A stretch of DNA of 38,939 bases, from the NCBI GenBank assembly GCA_963973475.1, contig CAXBAL010000001.1:1-38939 (forward strand). The letters run 5' to 3'. Of the stretch, positions 22,508 to 32,945 are shown piece by piece (within the stretch, counting starts at the first letter, position 1; each line of letters starts with the position of its first letter). The position numbers and the translations under genes were made by a program. The stretch comes from an uncultured Micavibrio sp. (lineage in GTDB: Bacteria; Pseudomonadota; Alphaproteobacteria; Micavibrionales; Micavibrionaceae). Below the pieces are notes generated by a model. That model saw only the letters and a program-made list of their open reading frames with translations, was not told where the DNA came from and made no database searches.

Positions 22508-24322
22508 TTATTCGAGATCGTCGGACAATAAGTCCAATATTTCGTCTTTCGAATCTTCATCTTCATGATCAGGAATTGTATCAGAGACATTTTCCTGCTT
22601 TTTCGCAAACATATCGCTTTGATTAGGGTCTTTGGCTTTTTGCGCCTTTTTTTCTTCTTCGGTTGGAATATTAAATTTTGGAATATCATTTTCCATGATG
22701 TTCAATTTTGGCACAATCGGCGCAGGAACATCGCGGGATTTAAAATTCTTATCGCTAAAATACTTAAGCTTATTAGCCTTTATGGGAGAGGAAGACTCCA
22801 CCAATATAATTTGCTGATTATCTGGAAAGTCCCGCATTTCATGTTTTTCGATCAGAGGCCGGCCACGTTGAGAGACATTATCCATGGGCGCTTCATAGCG
22901 CATGGATTTTTTCTTAGATCTGGAAGTCACTTCAACGGTTTGCTGGCCGCAGCTTTCAGAGACATATTGCGCCGTTGCCAGATCATTTGTTGCAAAAAAC
23001 ACCTGATGGGCGCAGCAAGAGAGAATACCGTTACGTTTTTCACGGCCATATGTCACATCTAGCCAATTCAAAGACTGCACGACTGCCATCACGCGCACAT
23101 TGTAACCAGCCAGAAGCGTGAATGCGGTTGTCATGGAATCAATACGGCCTAACATATGAAACTCATCGAGCAGCATTAAAACCTTGTGCGGTTCATCATC
23201 GCCAGGCTCTTTCATAGAAAGCTTGGTGATGATTTGTTCAAAAAAGATGCGGAGCAGGGGCGTGAGGGTTTCAATCTGACCAGTTAGAACGCCAACATAG
23301 ATTGAGAGTTTTTTACGGCGTAAATCCTCGATTTTAAAATCGGTCTCCGATGTGGCCGCATCAATCAGAGGATTATCCCAAAGATTGATGGCCTGATTGA
23401 GCGAGGATTTAACACCGGAGCGCTCTTTGGCCGCCTTGTTTGCAAAATTCATCAGAGATTTTTTAACTGTGGAGGTAAGTTCAGTGTGCGTTTGAACAAT
23501 ATGCCGGCATACATCGCCCAAATCGGCTTCCGTTCCCAAAAGTCTGTTAATAGCCCCGATTGTTGAAGGCATGGCATTATTATTCATCACATAAAGCGCA
23601 AGGCCGACAAAGAGTGCGCGAGCTTCAGACGCCCATATCGGATCGCTTTTAGGCGGATCTTGTATCAGAATTTTAGCAATGACTTGTAAATCACTCACGC
23701 ATTGATGTGGGTCTTGGCTTACAGCATCGAGCGGGTTATAGCGGTGCGAGAGGCCATGCTCATCCATTGGAGACCACATAAAGACATCGTGACCATGCTC
23801 TTTCCTGAATCCGGCGGTTTTTCTATAGTTCTCATGCTTCACATCAAAGCAAATGACTGATCCTGGCCAGTTTAAGAGGTTGGGAACAACAATGCCAACG
23901 CCTTTACCTGATCTGGTAGGTGCCACAACTATACTATGCGTGGGATGATCGCTGATGAGGTACTGGTTTTTAAATTTGCCTAAGATCACTCCTGTTTTGG
24001 CAAAAAGCTTTGCTTTCGTGATTTCTCTTAAAGTTGCCCAGTGCGCTTTTCCGAAAATGTCTTTGCCCTTGAAGGCTGTGTCATAAATTTGACCTGCAAT
24101 AAATATGAGCGCAAGGGCAGGGGCGCCGAAAGCTACAAACAGGCGTGACCCTGTTTGCTCGTCAATCTCATTTCCAAATGTAAACCAGATGGAAAGCGGG
24201 TTTGCGAATTCCAAAGGCTGTTTTGAGAGCAGGAAAAACATGAGTGATGCGGCATAGGAATAGAGAATAAGGCCAAAGATGCCGCCAAAACCATAGAGAT
24301 ATTTTATATTTGTGTCGCTCAT
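22508..24322 (-). CDS. virD4: type IV coupling protein VirD4/TraG
   Basis: 604 aa. It has two N-terminal TM segments, Walker A APTRSGKGVGIVVPN, Walker B LMLLDEF, and an acidic C-terminal tail. Confidence 0.9.
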   Translation of the reverse strand: MSDTNIKYLYGFGGIFGLILYSYAASLMFFLLSKQPLEFANPLSIWFTFGNEIDEQTGSRLFVAFGAPALALIFIAGQIYDTAFKGKDIFGKAHWATLREITKAKLFAKTGVILGKFKNQYLISDHPTHSIVVAPTRSGKGVGIVVPNLLNWPGSVICFDVKHENYRKTAGFRKEHGHDVFMWSPMDEHGLSHRYNPLDAVSQDPHQCVSDLQVIAKILIQDPPKSDPIWASEARALFVGLALYVMNNNAMPSTIGAINRLLGTEADLGDVCRHIVQTHTELTSTVKKSLMNFANKAAKERSGVKSSLNQAINLWDNPLIDAATSETDFKIEDLRRKKLSIYVGVLTGQIETLTPLLRIFFEQIITKLSMKEPGDDEPHKVLMLLDEFHMLGRIDSMTTAFTLLAGYNVRVMAVVQSLNWLDVTYGREKRNGILSCCAHQVFFATNDLATAQYVSESCGQQTVEVTSRSKKKSMRYEAPMDNVSQRGRPLIEKHEMRDFPDNQQIILVESSSPIKANKLKYFSDKNFKSRDVPAPIVPKLNIMENDIPKFNIPTEEEKKAQKAKDPNQSDMFAKKQENVSDTIPDHEDEDSKDEILDLLSDDLE

Positions 24323-25371
24323 GAACCCCCCGGATACCAGATTTCAGAAATAATGCGTTTGCCGCCAATGCGCTTGAGTTGGATCACAACATCTATGATC
24401 GAGCTGATATAAGCCATGATCTGGTCATGGGTGAGGCCGAGATTGGCTTGCATCACCATCAAACAGATTTGCTCTAATGCCCCTTGAGGCGTATCGGCGT
24501 GAATTGTGGTAATTGATCCCGGATGGCCAGTATTGACAGCGCGAAGAAAGCTATAAGCTTCCTTGCCGCGTAGCTCACCAAGTAAAATACGGTCTGGGCG
24601 AAAGCGAAGACTGGCTTCCAATAAATCCTGAATGGTGACTTTGCTCTGCCCTTGATCGCCTTTGGATGCAAGAAGGGATACATGATTTTTCTGCGGCGGC
24701 ATGACTTCAGGCGTATCTTCTATGGTCACAATGCGCTCATGAGGCTCAATCTCTTTTAAAATTGCGTTCAAAAGTGTGGTTTTTCCGGTCGATGTTCCGC
24801 CGGAGACAATGATATTTTTCTTGGCGCGAATGGCCGCAGAGATAAAGTTCTGATATTCGCCGGCCTCAAGATGGGATTGCAGAGTTTGATTGATGTCGAT
24901 TTTTGATGCGCTGCTTTCTTTTAAGCTCTCAAATGCCCCCATTTCCCGATAATCATCAAGACTTAAATCCCGCATGACTTGCTTACGGATGGATAGGGCT
25001 ACGCCAAAGCGGGAAACAGGCGGCGTTGCAAACTGTATACGCTCACCACTTGGAAGTGATGCCGATAATAAAGGCTTATTGGCGGCAATGGATTGATCGG
25101 TGTAATTAGCAACCAAACGGCCTAAACGCCATAAAATATCATCGGTGATTTCTTTGTTTTCGATGAACAGCATTTCAGGCTCACCGGCCTTTTCAATCCA
25201 AAGCTCACCTGGTCTATTCACGCAAATCTCAGAAATATCGGGATCATTCAGGTACTTCTCGAAAAGCCCTATATATTGTTTGAGATAAACGCCAGACTGC
25301 TCAGATTTTACGCTGTCTTTTTGCTCAAAAGATTGGTTGGCGGGTTTTACGGGTTTTTTGTGTGAACTCAT
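24319..25371 (-). CDS. virB11: T4SS ATPase VirB11
   Basis: Walker A: SGGTSTGKTT. Also RIVTIEDTPE, GELRG and TGHPGSITTIHA. The start was chosen at ATG 25371 (MSSHKK). The track ORF extends to 25437 and would overlap virB10. Confidence 0.9.
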   Translation of the reverse strand: MSSHKKPVKPANQSFEQKDSVKSEQSGVYLKQYIGLFEKYLNDPDISEICVNRPGELWIEKAGEPEMLFIENKEITDDILWRLGRLVANYTDQSIAANKPLLSASLPSGERIQFATPPVSRFGVALSIRKQVMRDLSLDDYREMGAFESLKESSASKIDINQTLQSHLEAGEYQNFISAAIRAKKNIIVSGGTSTGKTTLLNAILKEIEPHERIVTIEDTPEVMPPQKNHVSLLASKGDQGQSKVTIQDLLEASLRFRPDRILLGELRGKEAYSFLRAVNTGHPGSITTIHADTPQGALEQICLMVMQANLGLTHDQIMAYISSIIDVVIQLKRIGGKRIISEIWYPGGS

Positions 25372-25381
25372 CTCGCGCCTT

Positions 25382-26548
25382 TCAATTTTTTGGGATATTT
25401 CCGGCGACTTGCGAGAAGTCCAAATCTTTACCAACAAAGACTTTTATGCGGGCGCCTTGGTGAACATGAACGGTTGGCGGTATTCCGATAGAGTTATCAA
25501 GGGCGATTTCGGCTGATCTTGAAAAATCTGTGCCTGTATCAAGGGCAACAGTGGCCTGATCGTCATCATCAATGGCATTCACGCCAATCTGGAGTGCCCC
25601 ATCAATGAGTGAGAGAAGTACCGATGAACCAAAGCGTTCAAAGAAATGTGTGTCAACCTCGCCGGCCAAACCGCTACGCCCCAAATCATCGCTGCCGTAT
25701 GAGCCGATATTGATGCTCACACCGTCATTACGGATCAGGCGGTTCCAGATCACAAAAACGCGGGACTGTCCGCGAACAAGCCCTGAGCGATAACGCCCGA
25801 TGAGCTTTGATCCTTTGGGAATAATAAGGTGAGAGCCATTAAAGGAATAGACATCTTCGCTGACGATCGCGCGCACCAATCCCGGGAGATCGCTCTGAAT
25901 GGCCGTTTCTAAAATACCGTCAATCAATGTGCCTTGTGTAACAAGCGAATCAAGATTTTGTAGCTGGGATGCTGTAGCCATTTCAACATCGCCATTTGCG
26001 TATTGATTGGCAAAGGCGATATTGGGGTCTTGCTCACCGCCGCCAAGAAGTGATCCAGCCGCCCCTTGGGAAGATGAGCCACCTGCAACATTGCTTTGCG
26101 CTGAACCGCTATTATCAAAGATAATTTGAGGGGATCGCCTACGCTCTTCCATGCGTTTCTTTTGCTCCCTCGCCAAACGCAAAGCTTCCTGCTGCATTTG
26201 AAGTTCGCGCTGTGCCTCTAGCGGATCATAAAGCTCACGCTCGTCAATCGGGGGAACGAGCTGTTCGAGCGGCACTTCTGTTTGTTCTTCAATTTCAATA
26301 TAAGGGCCGGACGGGGTAGGTGTTCTAAACTCGATTTCTTCAGGTGTTGTCAGCTCACGCGGCGCGGATTGTTCCATTCCATCCAAAGCAACAAAGATGA
26401 TTGCGATAACGCCAACAGCCAGAAATGCAAAGATTCCAAATTTAGAGGCGCTTGAGCCTTGAGCTATGGTCGGAAACTCACGATCACCATCCAAAGGTTT
26501 TGGTTTAGGCTCTTCATCGAAGCTATCAGGCGGGGTTTGATCATTCAT
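25382..26548 (-). CDS. virB10: T4SS protein VirB10
   Basis: 388 aa. It has an N-terminal TM segment, a Pro-rich linker, and a C-terminal VirB10/TrbI domain (GTLIDGILETAIQSDLPG, GEVDTHF). Confidence 0.9.
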   Translation of the reverse strand: MNDQTPPDSFDEEPKPKPLDGDREFPTIAQGSSASKFGIFAFLAVGVIAIIFVALDGMEQSAPRELTTPEEIEFRTPTPSGPYIEIEEQTEVPLEQLVPPIDERELYDPLEAQRELQMQQEALRLAREQKKRMEERRRSPQIIFDNSGSAQSNVAGGSSSQGAAGSLLGGGEQDPNIAFANQYANGDVEMATASQLQNLDSLVTQGTLIDGILETAIQSDLPGLVRAIVSEDVYSFNGSHLIIPKGSKLIGRYRSGLVRGQSRVFVIWNRLIRNDGVSINIGSYGSDDLGRSGLAGEVDTHFFERFGSSVLLSLIDGALQIGVNAIDDDDQATVALDTGTDFSRSAEIALDNSIGIPPTVHVHQGARIKVFVGKDLDFSQVAGNIPKN

Positions 26549-26560
26549 ATCATAATATCC

Positions 26561-27511
26561 TTACTCATTCAGGCTCGCTGTTTTTGGGCTATCAAAATTG
26601 GAAAGGAGCTGCGCCAAGAGGCTTGGCTTTTCTTCTTTTTCAGCTTGAAGGGCGGCAATATCAGGTTTTTGAGAAGGAACAGGCACGGACGCGACATCTA
26701 TCTCTTTGACTTCTTCAAGCTCTGCGATGGGTTCTGGTTCATAGGATGCCGGTTCAACTTGAGGATAAGCATCATTCCAGATACAAGTGGCCGTATCACC
26801 GTCTCTAAGCGTGAATTGAGAGCCGACGCCGGAGACAACGAGATATTGATCTTGAAGATTGAAATTGACGAGACGTTCATTCCCATTTTCATCAACGCTA
26901 AAGACAGCAGGCATCACATCAAAATCTTCAAACTGGAAGTATGTGAAAACGCCATCATCAAAAGCGCGGATCGGGCGCAGGCGTTTTGATCCGGCATAGC
27001 TGTAATCAAAATTTAAATCCGAGGCGCTGACATTATCGAGCGGATTGAAATGGGCTTGGGAAACACTGCCAATAAAGGCAAGCTCTTTAGCGGCTTCATC
27101 GGCGTAATGAAATTTGAGCCGGAAGGTTAAGTCCGAAAATCGAGGCGAATAAGCATCTCCAGCAGTTACCTCGAAGGTATAAATCCTTTTATCTGTAATG
27201 ACCGTCATATTGGTTTCGGCATCTTCTTCCAAAGGCTTGATGAACATGATATTGGGCTGGCCGGGCTTCATCACTTGCCAAGCTTCGGTATCACCCAAAG
27301 AAATGGTCTGAATGCGCTCTTTTTCCGAAAATTCAATCACCGTTGAATAGCCGTAATGTCCTCTGATCTGATAAACATCATTCTCATGATAAGTAACGAC
27401 TTTCACACGGGCGTCGGCGCTCGTTGGTCTTGGGTCTTTGCCTGCAAGGGCAGGGGATATGGATAGGCAGGAAATCAGGGCTGTTCCTAATAATAATTTT
27501 TTAAATGTCAT
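26561..27511 (-). CDS. virB9: T4SS protein VirB9
   Basis: 316 aa with a signal peptide and a CagX/VirB9 pattern (VYQIRGHYGYSTVIEF, WQV, IYTFEV). Confidence 0.9.
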   Translation of the reverse strand: MTFKKLLLGTALISCLSISPALAGKDPRPTSADARVKVVTYHENDVYQIRGHYGYSTVIEFSEKERIQTISLGDTEAWQVMKPGQPNIMFIKPLEEDAETNMTVITDKRIYTFEVTAGDAYSPRFSDLTFRLKFHYADEAAKELAFIGSVSQAHFNPLDNVSASDLNFDYSYAGSKRLRPIRAFDDGVFTYFQFEDFDVMPAVFSVDENGNERLVNFNLQDQYLVVSGVGSQFTLRDGDTATCIWNDAYPQVEPASYEPEPIAELEEVKEIDVASVPVPSQKPDIAALQAEKEEKPSLLAQLLSNFDSPKTASLNE

Positions 27512-28185
27512 CGAACTCTCTCCAATACTTCTGGGTTAATACGGTAATGCGTGACTTGAAAGCCAAGCGGATTAGAAAATCTGTCTTTCATCTGCATGGG
27601 TTTTTGCGAATATTGAAACTGGATAACAGCGTTGAAATGCCCTGTTTTTATGCGGTCATTTTCTCTGACCTCGCGCATAAAACGCACTGAAGCCGTTTTG
27701 TCATTGATGAAAGAAACAGACTTGATTTTGATGTCGATAGAGGCTTTTGCGCCAAGCTTTCGTGAGGGGTTATCGGGGTTCGTTCCAGACCAAAGCTCCT
27801 GAAATTCCTTCAAGGCTTCGCCATCAGACATAAGCTCTACAGCTTCATAATTTTCTTTTAAAATGGCCGGATTATACTGCTCTCGCAAAGATACGTATTT
27901 CACAAGATTGGCCTGAGTGACAGCTTCATCTTGTGTGAGATTGCCGTCATAAAGTCCTTTGGTGACTTCGAGATAACCCGTTGTTTGATCAACAGTGACA
28001 ACATAAGGCTCAAAGGTTTTAAGCGGTAAGATCAAAATCAGCGTCAAAAGAGAGAGCGCGGCGATCCCCATGCAGAAGAACGCCATGATCCAAGCGCGAT
28101 TGCGCGATAACAGGGCATTGGCAATCACTTCCTGATCCCATGTTTCGCCTTTTTTATAATATTCCGGTGTCTTTGTATTGGTCAC
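27508..28185 (-). CDS. virB8: T4SS protein VirB8
   Basis: 225 aa bitopic protein with a VirB8 pattern (EPYVVTVD, YVSLREQY). Confidence 0.85.
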   Translation of the reverse strand: MTNTKTPEYYKKGETWDQEVIANALLSRNRAWIMAFFCMGIAALSLLTLILILPLKTFEPYVVTVDQTTGYLEVTKGLYDGNLTQDEAVTQANLVKYVSLREQYNPAILKENYEAVELMSDGEALKEFQELWSGTNPDNPSRKLGAKASIDIKIKSVSFINDKTASVRFMREVRENDRIKTGHFNAVIQFQYSQKPMQMKDRFSNPLGFQVTHYRINPEVLERVR

Positions 28186-28188
28186 TTT

Positions 28189-29196
28189 CTAAAATCCTCT
28201 GATATTTTTGGCAGCTGTCGTCACGCGCGCGCCCATAGCTTTTCCTGTTTGAACGGGATGGCGGGCAATGTTGTAGCCCATTACGCCGGCCCGGAATGAG
28301 CCTTTGGGCGTTCCTTTGCCAAAGCGCGATGCTAATCGTGATGTCCATGCTGCCGATCCCATTGTTGATAGGGATAGACCGCCCGTGACCGATGCCGCCA
28401 TGTTCATAACCTGCATGAGCAGAAGAACCGAGACGATTGAGACAAAGAAGAACGGGCCGATATAAGAAAGGGTCTGTGCATCTCCACTTGAATTATTTTC
28501 AAGATTTTGAAGAGGTGGCTCTGCAATCGTTAAGAGCAAGGCGAGCAGGGCATAGACGAATATTGGTATGATGGCATAATTGAGTAGTGTGCGCAGCCAG
28601 CCTTCAAACAAATTGCGCGTATTGGCAAAAATCAAAAGCAATATAAAGAGCGGTCCGATTGAAAGCAGAATAGCGACAGCAATCTTAGCCAAGATAATCA
28701 GCATGGCGGCATAGCCGGTGAGTGCCAAAGCCCCAAACCAGATCACTGCGGCATGGAAGTATTTCCCTAAATCCGACCAGCCAGCCCCTTCCAAAATATC
28801 GCTGACAATATCCATAGCCCTGTCATAAAACTGGGAGAGGATGGTGTTTGCGGATGTATCGTCAGTTGCGACCGCATTCGGTGTTGCATTAGCCGCGCCT
28901 GTCATGATTTGGCCGGCCACATCGGACGGCAGATCAGTCGCCATATTATAAACAAGAAGGAAGAACGTATCCCACTCGGTTGCGATTAAGAGGAGAACGA
29001 TAATCTTTAATGTATTTACGATTAAATCCGTTGCAGCAAAACGGCCGGAAATAATGACTTTATAGCCAAAAACAGCAATAAAGATGATGAACATCAATCG
29101 CCAGAGAAGCTGAACAGTCGGCGTTAGGCTTCCAAACGCACCTTGGACGAATGCGAGAATGACACTATCAATATTGTTGATGAGAGCCTCGATCAT
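28189..29196 (-). CDS. virB6: T4SS inner-membrane protein VirB6/TrbL
   Basis: Polytopic membrane protein in the VirB6 position. I prefer the ATG at 29196, which gives an ATGA overlap with the upstream lipoprotein gene. The track ORF starts at 29214. Confidence 0.8.
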   Translation of the reverse strand: MIEALINNIDSVILAFVQGAFGSLTPTVQLLWRLMFIIFIAVFGYKVIISGRFAATDLIVNTLKIIVLLLIATEWDTFFLLVYNMATDLPSDVAGQIMTGAANATPNAVATDDTSANTILSQFYDRAMDIVSDILEGAGWSDLGKYFHAAVIWFGALALTGYAAMLIILAKIAVAILLSIGPLFILLLIFANTRNLFEGWLRTLLNYAIIPIFVYALLALLLTIAEPPLQNLENNSSGDAQTLSYIGPFFFVSIVSVLLLMQVMNMAASVTGGLSLSTMGSAAWTSRLASRFGKGTPKGSFRAGVMGYNIARHPVQTGKAMGARVTTAAKNIRGF

Positions 29197-29585
29197 TCTT
29201 GTTTCTTGCTCCAATCACCCCAAAGATTTTTGCTGTCATCTCGCGCTTTTTTGCGCGCTTCGTCTTGAAGGTGCTCAATAATGAGATCAATCTCGCTCCA
29301 ACGCTTGATAGCTTTGACATTACGGGCAGAAATATCGCCTAATCCTGCCTCTTTAAGAGAAATTGCAATGAGGGATGCGCGGTCTTCACATTCTTTATAT
29401 TTTTGGCCGTCTGCGCTTACAGAGTCAGGATTCGCCCACATCTTGCCGCAAAAGCTTTTATAGTTTTGGCTTTCGAAGATTTTTTGCGCGAGCGTGTTCG
29501 TCTCAACATCCTGCAAGGTATTGTCCTCTTGAATGCAGGCACTCAAAGATAATGTAATCAGGCATAAGAGAAGGACTTTTCTCAT
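29193..29585 (-). CDS. 130-aa lipoprotein (entry-exclusion-like candidate)
   Basis: The lipobox is LSLSAC. It lies between the virB5/virB7-like genes and virB6, where Eex-type lipoproteins sit in some VirB-type plasmids. No motif-level assignment was possible. Confidence 0.45.
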   Translation of the reverse strand: MRKVLLLCLITLSLSACIQEDNTLQDVETNTLAQKIFESQNYKSFCGKMWANPDSVSADGQKYKECEDRASLIAISLKEAGLGDISARNVKAIKRWSEIDLIIEHLQDEARKKARDDSKNLWGDWSKKQE

Positions 29586-29767
29586 GAATGATCCTTCATT
29601 TTGGTTTTGGTGATCTCTGCTACATTGATAGGCAGCGGATCACAAGGATTGCCGGACAAGCTGGCTGTTTTTTTATTGCCGCATGGGGCTTTCTTTTCGC
29701 TGTAATGCGAGCAACCACTTATACTAAAAGCAATCAATACAAATGAGAGGGTGAGTAGTTTTTTCAT
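29582..29767 (-). CDS. 61-aa lipoprotein, VirB7-like
   Basis: The lipobox is FSISGC. It is short and contains a PLPINV segment resembling the P-[ILV]-N-K VirB9-binding motif of VirB7. Its position before virB6 is atypical. Confidence 0.5.
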   Translation of the reverse strand: MKKLLTLSFVLIAFSISGCSHYSEKKAPCGNKKTASLSGNPCDPLPINVAEITKTKMKDHS

Positions 29768-29778
29768 GTGTTTTCTCC

Positions 29779-30525
29779 TTAGTCTGGGAATTGAATAGCC
29801 TGCCTTGCGAGATCAGGATCATATTGGTTAAAGGTTGCTGCGCGGCGGTTTTCCATGAGCTGCGTGTTATCAATGGAAGAGTTTTGCTGAATTTGAATAG
29901 CATTCAGGCGCATAATCTCATTCATCAAAATGCCGTTCTCAGCAGCAATGCGGGCATTCAGATCAACAGATGCTTTTAAATCATCGCTATTGTTCAGCTC
30001 GCTCAGCAGAGATTCATAAGTCTGCATACGCACGGGGATATTGTTGTAAGCCTGTTCACTGGCTGCGATTGCGGCATAGGTCGTGCCGGTTCTGCGATCA
30101 ATAGCTTTGGCGACTTGGCCGCTTGGATCAGAAGCCATGATTGTGGCGCCTGATAAGGGATCAAACTCACTATAAAGATTGCTATAGATATTTTGTGTTC
30201 CCAAAGCGCCATTAGGAATAGGCGCGCCGTTAATCATATTGAGCGTGTCCTGCCAGGTATTGGGAAGATATTGACGAAGTTGCTGTTCAAATACCCCGTT
30301 TGCTACATCGCCCATATTGCGCGTTCCGGTAATTGCATCGGCTTGTCTAACCGCTTCTTCGAGCTGATCAATCTGATTGGCATAGTCATCGGCCATAGCA
30401 TCAAGTTGCGCAATAAGCTGCGCGTATCCAGAGGCATCATAAACAGGGATGCCTTGCGCCTTCGAATGGGTGGATGTTAAAAACATCAAGGTCGTAGCAA
30501 TGCTGGCAATAAGGAATTTATTCAC
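29779..30525 (-). CDS. virB5: T4SS minor pilus protein VirB5
   Basis: 248 aa with a signal peptide, then QGIPVYDASGYAQLIAQL and a helical body. It lies between virB4 and the lipoprotein genes. Confidence 0.75.
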   Translation of the reverse strand: MNKFLIASIATTLMFLTSTHSKAQGIPVYDASGYAQLIAQLDAMADDYANQIDQLEEAVRQADAITGTRNMGDVANGVFEQQLRQYLPNTWQDTLNMINGAPIPNGALGTQNIYSNLYSEFDPLSGATIMASDPSGQVAKAIDRRTGTTYAAIAASEQAYNNIPVRMQTYESLLSELNNSDDLKASVDLNARIAAENGILMNEIMRLNAIQIQQNSSIDNTQLMENRRAATFNQYDPDLARQAIQFPD

Positions 30526-32930
30526 GTTTGGGTTCTCCTTTGAATAAAAAGCCCAAGCCAGTCTTCAGGATTTGGGCTGGTTTCAGAGATAATTTGATCC
30601 ATGAGATTGACGCTTTCGGTGCGCCCTGACAGCACAGCAATGAAATCATCCATGCCGCTCAGATCAAGGCGGGCGATTACGGAGTCGCTGCCATGTTTAA
30701 TGAGAAAGCAGCGTGATTCCGGTGATATTTCACGAATGAGTTTCAGTTCATGGTGGGTCAGACCAAAGCCTTTGCAGTAGTCTTCTTCGGATGCCTTATT
30801 ATTAGGAAAGAATATCTGTGTAGGAGATTGTTCGATGATGGTATCACCCACATCGGAATTTAGGGCATCTCGCACCGATTGGGTAGCAAAGCCTAGAATA
30901 CCGTTTTGCTTACGGATTGTTTTCATCCAGTCTTTGATACGGTATGTAAAAACCGGATCATCAAGCATTTTCCAGCCCTCATCGAGCATGATAATGGTCT
31001 TTTGCCCGTCCATGAGCGCCGAAATCCGATGAAAAATATACATGAGCCACGGTGCGCGTGAGGCGGCATCATCCAAGATTGAGGTCAGATCAAAGCCAAG
31101 CGTTGAATAGCCAAGCGAAAGGGTGTCTTCTTCATTATCAAAGAGCCATGCTTTTTCGCCCCCACTGTGCCATTTGGCTATTCTGGCTGATAGGGAATAC
31201 GCATCCCCTGAATCATATCCTGCCAAAAGCTCTGAAAAATAGCGAAGCCGCCTGTGGTGGGGCGGTGTTTCAAAGTTGGCTTTGATAGCATCGCTGAGGA
31301 TATCGCTTTCCTGTGGCGATAATTTTGCGCCGCCATCTGATGTTATAATCAAATCGAGCCAATCTCTTAAAAAGGCTTTATTTGCAGGGGTATCATCAAT
31401 TTGCAGAGGGTTCAGGCCGGTTGGTTCACCAGAGATGACATTGGTATAATCCCCGCCAATCGCGCGAATGAAAATTTCTGCGCCGCGATCCTTATCAAAA
31501 TAGACTGATCTTGGCTTTACGCGTTGTGCTTGCGCCATGAGGAAGGTGAGGAGGACTGTTTTACCTGTTCCGGTCGGGCCAATGACTGTGAAATTGCCTA
31601 CATCGCGCTCATGAAAGTTAAACCAATAGGGCGTTCCAGACGTTGTTTCCAGCCGCGTAATGGCATCGCCCCAATGATTACCGATTTTGCTTCCGGCAGG
31701 AAATGTGTGCAGGCTTGCAAAGCTTGCAAAATTCTTATTTGAAATAAGAGAACGCCTTGCAATATAGCTGAAATTCCCCGGCAGATTAGCCCAAAATGCA
31801 GGCTCCAAATTTACATCTTCTCGCGCAGAAATCAGGCCGATATTGGTAAAAACGCTCAAAATATCGCTAATCCCGAAATCGAGCCTGTCTTTATCGGCCG
31901 CGTGAACGATGAGAGAAATATGATGCTCGCCAAATGTCGAGAGGCCGGAGGCCAGATCATTACGGGCATCTTGAATATCCAGAATAAGGCTTTCTGCACC
32001 GGATTCTGTTGCAATCATCTTGCGTTCAGCTTCATTCATGGCCGCTAATGAAGTTTGACGATCGACAAATCCGAAGCTCTGACAAAGAATAAATTCATGG
32101 GGCAGGGCTAGCAGATTATCGAGCATTCCTGCGCCCGTGGTAGAAGCATATTCTTTTACGGATAAGACAGCCCCAAGCTTAATATCGTTTGGCGCGGCGC
32201 CTCTTAATTCGAATGTCTCGCGGCCAAATGAAATGCGCTTTTCAGGTAAATAACTGGCGATTGATTGTTCCGGCAGTCTCACCTTTTTATTCTCAAAATT
32301 AATCAGATATGAGAGGAAGGATAGATTTTCCGAATAAAAGCCGTGATCGTCCTTTTGTACGCTGAGTAGCTTAGGCTTATAGGGTTTGAGGGTGGAAAGG
32401 ATGTTATTGACCGCTTCGTTGAGAGCGCGAAGATTTTCAGCTTCATTTTGTTTTTGATGGTCTTTATCAACTTTGGAGAATAATGTCCGGCTGAGTTCAG
32501 ACATAAGGCCAATTTTGCTTTTGGCTGGCCTTCGAATGATGGTGATATATTGCTCATTCACAAACATCTTCTTCGTGCTGAGCTTCTTTTGATAGGTGCG
32601 GTCAAGATCGCCGCAGAATTGATTGTCAAAGTGGGAATCGAGCTGGTCAAAGACCTGCCTTCGAATAGTATGCTGATAAATTGCAAAGCGGGAATTGCTG
32701 ATCCCTCTTAATAATGTGGCACGGATGTTTTTGCGGCTATCCAAATCAACCTGATCGGACGTTTCAAAAGGAAGACCTTCAACCTTGATTATTTTTAGAA
32801 GATAGCCTGCTTTGGTTTTGAGCGTCGTATCATTTAAGTGACGCGAATAGGGAATGAAGGACTCGACAGAGATCTCACGTTTTGCAACATGACCGTATCT
32901 CATATCTTCTTTTCTCGCCGCTTTCAGCAT
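30522..32930 (-). CDS. virB4: T4SS ATPase VirB4
   Basis: 802 aa. Walker A: GPTGTGKT. Walker B: IIMLDEGW. Confidence 0.95.
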   Translation of the reverse strand: MLKAARKEDMRYGHVAKREISVESFIPYSRHLNDTTLKTKAGYLLKIIKVEGLPFETSDQVDLDSRKNIRATLLRGISNSRFAIYQHTIRRQVFDQLDSHFDNQFCGDLDRTYQKKLSTKKMFVNEQYITIIRRPAKSKIGLMSELSRTLFSKVDKDHQKQNEAENLRALNEAVNNILSTLKPYKPKLLSVQKDDHGFYSENLSFLSYLINFENKKVRLPEQSIASYLPEKRISFGRETFELRGAAPNDIKLGAVLSVKEYASTTGAGMLDNLLALPHEFILCQSFGFVDRQTSLAAMNEAERKMIATESGAESLILDIQDARNDLASGLSTFGEHHISLIVHAADKDRLDFGISDILSVFTNIGLISAREDVNLEPAFWANLPGNFSYIARRSLISNKNFASFASLHTFPAGSKIGNHWGDAITRLETTSGTPYWFNFHERDVGNFTVIGPTGTGKTVLLTFLMAQAQRVKPRSVYFDKDRGAEIFIRAIGGDYTNVISGEPTGLNPLQIDDTPANKAFLRDWLDLIITSDGGAKLSPQESDILSDAIKANFETPPHHRRLRYFSELLAGYDSGDAYSLSARIAKWHSGGEKAWLFDNEEDTLSLGYSTLGFDLTSILDDAASRAPWLMYIFHRISALMDGQKTIIMLDEGWKMLDDPVFTYRIKDWMKTIRKQNGILGFATQSVRDALNSDVGDTIIEQSPTQIFFPNNKASEEDYCKGFGLTHHELKLIREISPESRCFLIKHGSDSVIARLDLSGMDDFIAVLSGRTESVNLMDQIISETSPNPEDWLGLFIQRRTQT

Positions 32931-32945
32931 TGAGGATTAATCCTT

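Noticed and set aside
22565-23062. A 165-aa plus-strand ORF lies opposite virD4. Similar shadow ORFs lie opposite the virB, hipA, repC and relaxase genes.
   Set aside because: These are shadow ORFs inside strongly supported genes. They have no motifs, and their starts are often non-ATG.
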